DNA of 3,475 nucleotides from a virus (Duplodnaviria; Heunggongvirae; Uroviricota; Caudoviricetes): IMG/VR virus record IMGVR_UViG_2703718816_000014, positions 1 to 3,475 of that record; one strand, 5' to 3'. Shown piece by piece: positions 1 to 3,475 of this stretch (position 1 is its first letter; each line of letters starts with the position of its first letter). The notes under the pieces were generated by a model. It saw only the letters and a program-made list of their open reading frames with translations, ran no database searches and was not told where the DNA came from. The position numbers and the translations under genes were made by a program.

Positions 1-1287
1 TCAGAGTCTGGCTCTATGGGGCATGTATGGGACACACTCTGTTAACTGCTTATTGAGCAGTTCTATTTGCCCGATATTGTTATCTTTCATCCATGCTCCG
101 TAAACGTTGAATACCATTTGTGCGTTTGCATGGCCCATTTGGTTTGCTATGAAGCTTGGATTCGCTCCTGCCGATAATGCCCAGCAGGCATAAGTATGTC
201 TGGACTGATAGGCTTTTCTGTGCCGTAGTCCAGCTCGTCTCAATGCTGATGCCCAGGAATCTCTGATGGAATCTGCTTTATAGTGGTGGCCGACTTGCTG
301 GCATTTTTTCACCAGTTGCGGATTAAAAACAAACGTGCATTCATGGCTTGTGGTGCGTCCGAACTCCCTCAGTTTGACATCAATTTGATATTGCGGGCCA
401 AACCTTGTCATTTCAGCCTGACTTTTCAGGGCATCAACAGCTGGTTGAACAAGATGAATAACACGATCAGTTCCCGCTTCTGTTTTTGGTAGAGTGAACT
501 CCCCGAGTTTTGTATAATTACGACGGATAGTCATTGTTTTAGCTTTTAAATCAATATCCTCCCAGGCGAGAGCTATTAGCTCACCGTGACGAACGCCTGT
601 GTATACTGCTAAGGACCACAGGTTTTTCGTTTGTTGATGGTGACAGGCAGCAATAAAGCGAATAAATTCGTCACGCGTGAGCGGATCTGGCTCTGTTCTG
701 GATCTCTTTAATGGTGTCAGCCCGTTAAATGGGTTTGACCCGATATAGCCGTTATCAGCCGCAAATTGAAACATTCCTGCAATTGTCGTCATGTAGTAAT
801 TAACCGTAACTACCGATCTCCCTTTAACCGGCGTTGTTTTTCCATTAGAGAGATTATGATACCCGGTTAACAAATCTTTCCTGATAAACAGTAAATCTTC
901 CTTTGTTACAGACGAAGCAAGACGTTTTTCCCCTATGCGAGGAAGCATGTTTCTCACCACGGATTGATACCGACTGAATGCATTGCTTCCTATCTCAATT
1001 TTCTTAAGGTCCAGCCATTTTTCCGAAAGTGCCTTAACGGTTATCTCTCTTTTTCCCAGACCAAAGTGTTTCAGGTTAGGGGAATTAGGGAACTGCGCGG
1101 CGTAGTCGAAACTCCCCATTCTGATTGCAAAACAAACGGAAGTGCGAAGTTCACCTGCGATCTTCCGGTTTTTGGCGGTGTCAGGAACACCGAGGTTTTC
1201 TCTGACACGTTTGCCATTATAGTGAAACCATATGCGGAGTGATCCGCCATGGTTTTCAACGCCTGTCGGGTATGATGCGTTACTCAT
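1..1287 (-). CDS. int: Tyrosine-type site-specific integrase (phage integrase with N-terminal arm-type DNA-binding segment; lambdoid/Rac-like prophage type)
   Basis: 428-aa minus-strand ORF. ATG at 1287..1285 is preceded by GGGAGG (1297..1292) with a 4-nt spacer. N-terminus has an arm-binding-like segment (SLRIWFHYNGKRVRENLGV). C-terminus has a tyrosine-recombinase catalytic pattern (YTGVRHGE ... SRHTYACWALSAGANPSFIANQMGHANAQMVFNVYGAW, i.e. Arg / His-x-x-Arg-like / His / Tyr). The TGA stop occupies window positions 3..1. Confidence 0.93.
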   Translation of the reverse strand: MSNASYPTGVENHGGSLRIWFHYNGKRVRENLGVPDTAKNRKIAGELRTSVCFAIRMGSFDYAAQFPNSPNLKHFGLGKREITVKALSEKWLDLKKIEIGSNAFSRYQSVVRNMLPRIGEKRLASSVTKEDLLFIRKDLLTGYHNLSNGKTTPVKGRSVVTVNYYMTTIAGMFQFAADNGYIGSNPFNGLTPLKRSRTEPDPLTRDEFIRFIAACHHQQTKNLWSLAVYTGVRHGELIALAWEDIDLKAKTMTIRRNYTKLGEFTLPKTEAGTDRVIHLVQPAVDALKSQAEMTRFGPQYQIDVKLREFGRTTSHECTFVFNPQLVKKCQQVGHHYKADSIRDSWASALRRAGLRHRKAYQSRHTYACWALSAGANPSFIANQMGHANAQMVFNVYGAWMKDNNIGQIELLNKQLTECVPYMPHRARL

Positions 1288-1291
1288 TAAA

Positions 1292-1297
1292 CCTCCC
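1292..1297 (-). promoter_or_regulatory. Shine-Dalgarno sequence (GGGAGG) for int
   Basis: Plus-strand CCTCCC at 1292..1297 reads GGGAGG on the minus strand, 4 nt upstream of the int ATG. Confidence 0.7.
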
Positions 1298-1320
1298 AGA
1301 CGTCCAGGAGCATTAACAGG

Positions 1321-1575
1321 TTAACCGGAACTTGCATTTTTGGCACCTGGTTGTTTCTGGTTTTCGATCCATCGCATAATTTCTTCGATGTTGTACAGGC
1401 ATTCACTGTAGTGCCCGGGATCACCTTCTACAGCGTAATGGCGGTATTCTTTTCCCTGCATCCATGACTTTCTTCTTGCCCGCTCAATGGTGCCAGGCTT
1501 TAGCCCTGTTGATGCAATGAGGACTCTCTCCGTACACCATTTGCTGGGGGTTATCTGATAGATGATTGTCTGCAT
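1321..1575 (-). CDS. xis: Excisionase-like protein (putative Xis / recombination directionality factor)
   Basis: 84-aa minus-strand ORF immediately upstream of int (33-bp gap). ATG at 1575..1573 with GAGG 6 nt upstream. The segment VLIASTGLKPGTIERARRKSWMQGKEYRHY matches, from memory, the conserved core of enterobacterial prophage excisionase-like proteins (TGLKPGTIERAR motif). The int-xis arrangement is canonical. Confidence 0.85.
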   Translation of the reverse strand: MQTIIYQITPSKWCTERVLIASTGLKPGTIERARRKSWMQGKEYRHYAVEGDPGHYSECLYNIEEIMRWIENQKQPGAKNASSG

Positions 1576-1593
1576 GCCAACCTCATAAAACTT

Positions 1594-1728
1594 TCATCCA
1601 CGGCAGTGGCACCACACGTCAAACATTCGTTTCACAACTTCACGGCAGTAGAAGCCGTCAACATCACGGGTCAGGTCGTAGCGATTGTCGAATGTGTTGC
1701 GAACCCAGAACTCAAAAGCCGTATGCAT
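1594..1728 (-). CDS. Hypothetical small protein, 44 aa (MHTAFEFWVRNTFDNRYDLTRDVDGFYCREVVKRMFDVWCHCRG); absent from ORF track because under 60 aa
   Basis: Hand translation of the minus strand. ATG at 1728..1726 is preceded by GGAGG (1739..1735) with a 6-nt spacer and lies 3 nt after the stop of the upstream 80-aa ORF. Its TGA at 1596..1594 is 18 nt before the xis start. It fills an otherwise unexplained gap in a tightly packed operon. No family recognised. Confidence 0.45.
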   Translation of the reverse strand: MHTAFEFWVRNTFDNRYDLTRDVDGFYCREVVKRMFDVWCHCRG

Positions 1729-1731
1729 GTA

Positions 1732-1974
1732 TCACCTCCGTTGCATTGCGCGTAATTTTTTCAGGTGCTTTTCCTGCTCAGTGTCCGCGAGAATTTTGCG
1801 GTACTCCTGGTGGTCAATATGTTCGAACAGGTTGTTGAATTCAGTGATGCGTACCCGCCCGGAGCGTCCGTCCATCCTCAGGAAGAATACCGAGTGAACA
1901 GTACTGCGAGTAATTTTTACCGGATAGCCAGCGCTATCCGTGTATATTTGCCCACTCTGAATAAGTGCGAACAT
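1732..1974 (-). CDS. Hypothetical prophage protein, 80 aa from ATG at 1974 (ORF-track version starts at TTG 2007, 91 aa)
   Basis: Minus-strand ORF. First ATG at 1974..1972 is preceded by GGGGA with a 7-nt spacer and begins 4 nt after the stop of the 27-aa ORF. The TTG at 2007 is less likely because that stretch is used in another frame by the 27-aa ORF. Stop TGA at 1734..1732. No family recognised. Confidence 0.6.
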   Translation of the reverse strand: MFALIQSGQIYTDSAGYPVKITRSTVHSVFFLRMDGRSGRVRITEFNNLFEHIDHQEYRKILADTEQEKHLKKLRAMQRR

Positions 1975-1978
1975 GTGG

Positions 1979-2062
1979 TTATCCCCAGCGGCAAATTGCA
2001 AAAACAATCAGAGCGATTGATATTGCAATGCCAACAATTGCAAATGCTTCAGGCCAGCTCAT
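1979..2062 (-). CDS. Hypothetical 27-aa hydrophobic single-pass membrane micropeptide ([27 protein letters not shown]); absent from ORF track
   Basis: Hand translation. ATG at 2062..2060 overlaps the TGA stop (2061..2059) of the upstream Ea22-like ORF as ATGA. GGAG lies 8 nt upstream. Residues 6-24 form an uninterrupted hydrophobic stretch flanked by E5 and R25. Stop TAA at 1981..1979, 4 nt before the ATG of the next ORF. Confidence 0.4.
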   Translation of the reverse strand: MSWPEAFAIVGIAISIALIVFAICRWG

Positions 2063-2523
2063 TTATTGTTCTCCAGTGGTAGTAAATCTGGCACTGTTAC
2101 GCCAAACAATGCTGCCAGCGCACGATAGTTCTGCTCACTGTGATAGCGGCCTTTACAGCGAACCAGTTTTTCCGCAGCGGATTTGATTGTTTCCAGTATT
2201 GCTATGCGCTTCTCTGATGTTTCAAGTAACGCTTGCTTATCACGTAGCGCTTCTTCCAGTTCAGTAACATGGCATTCACTATCAATAAGGTTGTTCTTTG
2301 CAGCTTCCAACTCAACACGCAGCTTCCCAACCGTAAGCGCAATATCCTCGTTCTCCTGGTCGCGGCGTTTGATGTATTGCTGGTTTCTTTCCCGTTCATC
2401 CAGCAGTGCCAGCACAATCGATGGTTTTACCAGCTCATGGAAAAGGTCCGAGTCAAATCCCCAGTCGTCATACATTGCCTTCTCTGCCGCCTCACGCAGT
2501 GCCTGGTAATTAATTTCGCTCAC
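2059..2523 (-). CDS. Coiled-coil prophage protein, probably ead/Ea22-like family; 154 aa from GTG at 2523 (ORF-track version starts 7 codons earlier at GTG 2544)
   Basis: Minus-strand ORF. AAGGAGG (2536..2530) followed by a 6-nt spacer and GTG at 2523..2521 gives the N-terminus (M)[31 protein letters not shown], which I recall as typical of Ea22-like proteins in lambdoid prophages. The central region is heptad-like and charge-rich ([35 protein letters not shown]). Its position between xis and the recombination/early-left region matches lambda ea22. Family name is from memory, not a search. Confidence 0.72.
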   Translation of the reverse strand: MSEINYQALREAAEKAMYDDWGFDSDLFHELVKPSIVLALLDERERNQQYIKRRDQENEDIALTVGKLRVELEAAKNNLIDSECHVTELEEALRDKQALLETSEKRIAILETIKSAAEKLVRCKGRYHSEQNYRALAALFGVTVPDLLPLENNK

Positions 2524-2687
2524 TGGTTGCCTCCTTTGTGCCACATCGCATTCAGATATTTGTTTTGATTCACTGACGGAAAAGAATTTCTCTTAAGCAA
2601 TTCCTCTATCGATGGCATTGGCTTTACGCGTTGGCGAATAATCATTTCTGCCGGAAGAATGCCGGGATTGTATGCAAGTCCTCTCAT
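2520..2687 (-). CDS. Hypothetical small basic protein, 55 aa ([55 protein letters not shown]); absent from ORF track
   Basis: Hand translation. ATG at 2687..2685 overlaps the TGA stop (2686..2684) of the upstream 93-aa ORF as ATGA, with GGAGAG 6 nt upstream. Its own TGA (2522..2520) overlaps the GTG start (2523..2521) of the Ea22-like ORF as GTGA. This double coupling is hard to explain unless it is translated. Confidence 0.5.
   Translation of the reverse strand: MRGLAYNPGILPAEMIIRQRVKPMPSIEELLKRNSFPSVNQNKYLNAMWHKGGNQ
2530..2536 (-). promoter_or_regulatory. Shine-Dalgarno sequence (AAGGAGG) for the Ea22-like gene, supporting the GTG start at 2523
   Basis: Plus-strand CCTCCTT at 2530..2536 reads AAGGAGG on the minus strand, 6 nt upstream of GTG 2523..2521. 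It lies inside the 3' end of the 55-aa ORF, consistent with coupled translation. Confidence 0.65.
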
Positions 2688-2965
2688 GATTTACTCTCCA
2701 CGAACTGGTCAATAGCCATGCTAAGTGACACACCTAAAGTCTCGATATGCTGCTGAATATCCTGTAGCGTCTGCGCCTGAGATAACAGGATTTCACGGTT
2801 GCATAACTCTTTAACCAGATGCTCAAACTTGCTGTAATAACCGATACGACTTAGTGTTTCTTTCCCTGCATTCTCGCCTTCTTTGATAATTCCTCTTTCG
2901 CTAAGAATCAGATCGTGTTTGGTTCCGGTAATAACGTATTTTCCGAGGTCGATGTTTAGCTTCAT
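2684..2965 (-). CDS. Hypothetical prophage protein, 93 aa
   Basis: Minus-strand ORF with ATG at 2965..2963 and GGAG 8-9 nt upstream. Same strand as the rest of the operon and its stop overlaps the start of the next ORF. No family recognised from sequence alone. Confidence 0.7.
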   Translation of the reverse strand: MKLNIDLGKYVITGTKHDLILSERGIIKEGENAGKETLSRIGYYSKFEHLVKELCNREILLSQAQTLQDIQQHIETLGVSLSMAIDQFVESKS

Positions 2966-2981
2966 TGTTAATTACTCCATG

Positions 2982-3113
2982 TTAATTTATTTGTATGCCT
3001 GCTCTTTCTTCATCGAGTTTTTTTAGCTTGTATCGCATAGCTCTTACTGAATAAATGGAGCGGCAGGTTGCAATTGCTATTTCTTCTGCGGAGAACTTAC
3101 CGAAAAGTGATAC
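2982..3113 (-). pseudogene. Possible 3' remnant of a gene truncated by the IS insertion (43 codons open to the IS boundary: VSLFGKFSAEEIAIATCRSIYSVRAMRYKLKKLDEERAGIQIN*); helix-turn-helix-like segment
   Basis: Of the three minus-strand frames entering from the IS boundary at 3115, only this one is open; the other two stop within about 40 nt. It has no in-frame start codon, and its TAA stop (2984..2982) lies 17 nt upstream of the 93-aa gene with the GGAG of that gene in between, as expected for the preceding gene in the operon. SAEEIAIATCRSIYSVRAMRYK has helix-turn-helix-like spacing. Could instead be chance. Confidence 0.3.
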
Positions 3114-3115
3114 TT

Positions 3116-3142
3116 TGAACCGCCCCGATTTTCCTGGAGAGT
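3116..3142. repeat. Terminal inverted repeat of the IS3-family element (transposase-distal end, IRR); inner boundary approximate
   Basis: TGAACCGCCCCG... at the element tip, as I recall for IS629-like ends. The partner IR is outside the window, so the repeat length cannot be measured here. Confidence 0.55.
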
Positions 3143-3157
3143 GTTTTATCTGTGAAC

Positions 3158-3475
3158 TCAGGCTGCCAGATCATTGTTTCCGATGGAAGCATAATGAGCT
3201 TTTTCTGCTTCTGCCGGAGGAGTATGGCCCAGCCTTCCCAGCAATCGTCGATTGTTATACCAGTCCACCCACGTGAGTGTGGCCAGTTCCACTTCTGCAC
3301 GGTTTTTCCAGCTCTTACGGTGTATTACCTCCGCTTTGTAAAGACCATTGATACCCTCAGCCATCGCGTTGTCATACGAGTCGCCTGTGCTCCCTGTTGA
3401 TGCCAGTAATCCGGCTTCCTTAAGCCGCTGCGTGTAGGCCAGCGATACATACTGAGAGCCTTTATCGCTGTGATG
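3158..3475 (-). CDS. IS3-family transposase OrfB, C-terminal 105 codons (5' part of the gene is beyond the window)
   Basis: Minus-strand translation from 3475 gives HHSDKGSQYVSLAYTQRLKEAGLLASTGSTGDSYDNAMAEGINGLYKAEVIHRKSWKNRAEVELATLTWVDWYNNRRLLGRLGHTPPAEAEKAHYASIGNNDLAA*. This contains the IS3-family DDE-region hallmarks HSD(K/R)GSQY and DNA-x-x-E, plus the C-terminal WYNNRR...LG...P motif. The ORF-track entry 3158..3364 is the same frame begun at an internal Met. TGA stop at 3160..3158. Confidence 0.9.
   Translation of the reverse strand, partial: HHSDKGSQYVSLAYTQRLKEAGLLASTGSTGDSYDNAMAEGINGLYKAEVIHRKSWKNRAEVELATLTWVDWYNNRRLLGRLGHTPPAEAEKAHYASIGNNDLAA

Larger units (their letters stand above)
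3116..3475 (-). mobile_element. IS3-family insertion sequence (IS3 group; IS629/IS1203/IS3411-like by recollection), partial: only the transposase-distal end and about 360 bp lie in the window
   Basis: Terminal sequence TGAACCGCCCCGATTTTCCTGGAGAG starts at 3116 with the 5'-TG typical of IS3-family ends. The transposase OrfB C-terminus lies 42 bp inside. The element continues beyond 3475. Confidence 0.85.

Noticed and set aside
283-1242. Plus-strand ORFs 283..492 and 964..1242, and minus-strand ORF 1071..1259, inside the integrase region
   Set aside because: All lie within or out of frame with the 428-aa integrase ORF, which has clear catalytic motifs and a strong RBS. They are shadow ORFs with no start-site support.
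1990-2040. Cluster of repeated TTGCAA / GCAATT hexamers that looks like a short direct-repeat or operator array
   Set aside because: The repeats are the codons GCA-ATT (Ala-Ile) of the 27-aa hydrophobic peptide read on the other strand, so they are explained by coding repetition. Their spacing is not regular enough for a repeat array.
1566-2568. Plus-strand ORFs 1566..1838, 1685..1897, 1765..2082, 1965..2186, 2183..2509, 2269..2568 and minus-strand ORF 2202..2417
   Set aside because: They are antisense to, or frame-shifted within, the minus-strand gene chain. Their compositions are low-complexity (R/S/C-rich or S-rich), typical of non-coding frames, and none has a convincing Shine-Dalgarno.
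3011-3030. T7 run (3021..3027) that could be a rho-independent terminator on the plus strand
   Set aside because: The preceding sequence forms at most a 3-bp stem (CTC...GAG) and is not GC-rich. There is also no plus-strand gene for it to terminate.
3071-3078. 8-bp palindrome GCAATTGC that might be a regulator binding site
   Set aside because: A single short palindrome with no partner half-site or repeat is expected by chance in a 3.5-kb window, and it lies inside the putative truncated coding fragment.
3055-3400. ORFs 3055..3276 (+), 3097..3300 (-) and 3152..3400 (+) around the IS boundary
   Set aside because: They either span the IS/prophage junction as chimeric reading frames or are alternate frames of the transposase gene. 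The transposase frame at 3158..3475 carries the recognisable IS3-family motifs.
1-3475. Searched for tRNA, CRISPR repeats, a DicF-like sRNA and Chi sites (GCTGGTGG)
   Set aside because: No regularly spaced direct repeats, no cloverleaf-like tRNA candidate and no exact Chi octamer on either strand were found by eye.

Overview
This window is the integrase-proximal end of a lambdoid-type prophage from an enterobacterial genome (E. coli/Shigella-like), interrupted at its right side by an IS3-family insertion sequence. Every supportable gene is on the minus strand. From left to right: a tyrosine integrase (1..1287, its stop codon is the first 3 nt of the window), an excisionase (1321..1575), then a tightly packed chain of small ORFs (44 aa, 80 aa, 27 aa hydrophobic, 154 aa Ea22-like coiled-coil, 55 aa, 93 aa). 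Several are joined by overlapping stop/start codons (ATGA or GTGA), and three are shorter than the 60-aa floor of the supplied ORF track, so I found them by hand translation. At 3116 an IS3-family element begins (terminal TGAACCGCCCCG) and runs off the window; the C-terminal 105 codons of its transposase lie at 3158..3475. The IS appears to have cut off the 5' part of a further upstream gene (open-frame fragment 2982..3113) and to have separated the small-gene chain from whatever promoter originally drove it. I see no tRNA, rRNA, CRISPR array or recognisable defence-system enzyme. The candidates for novelty are the unannotated micro-ORFs, especially the 27-aa membrane peptide, and the IS/operon junction. 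All family assignments are from motif recognition by eye and need a database search to confirm.
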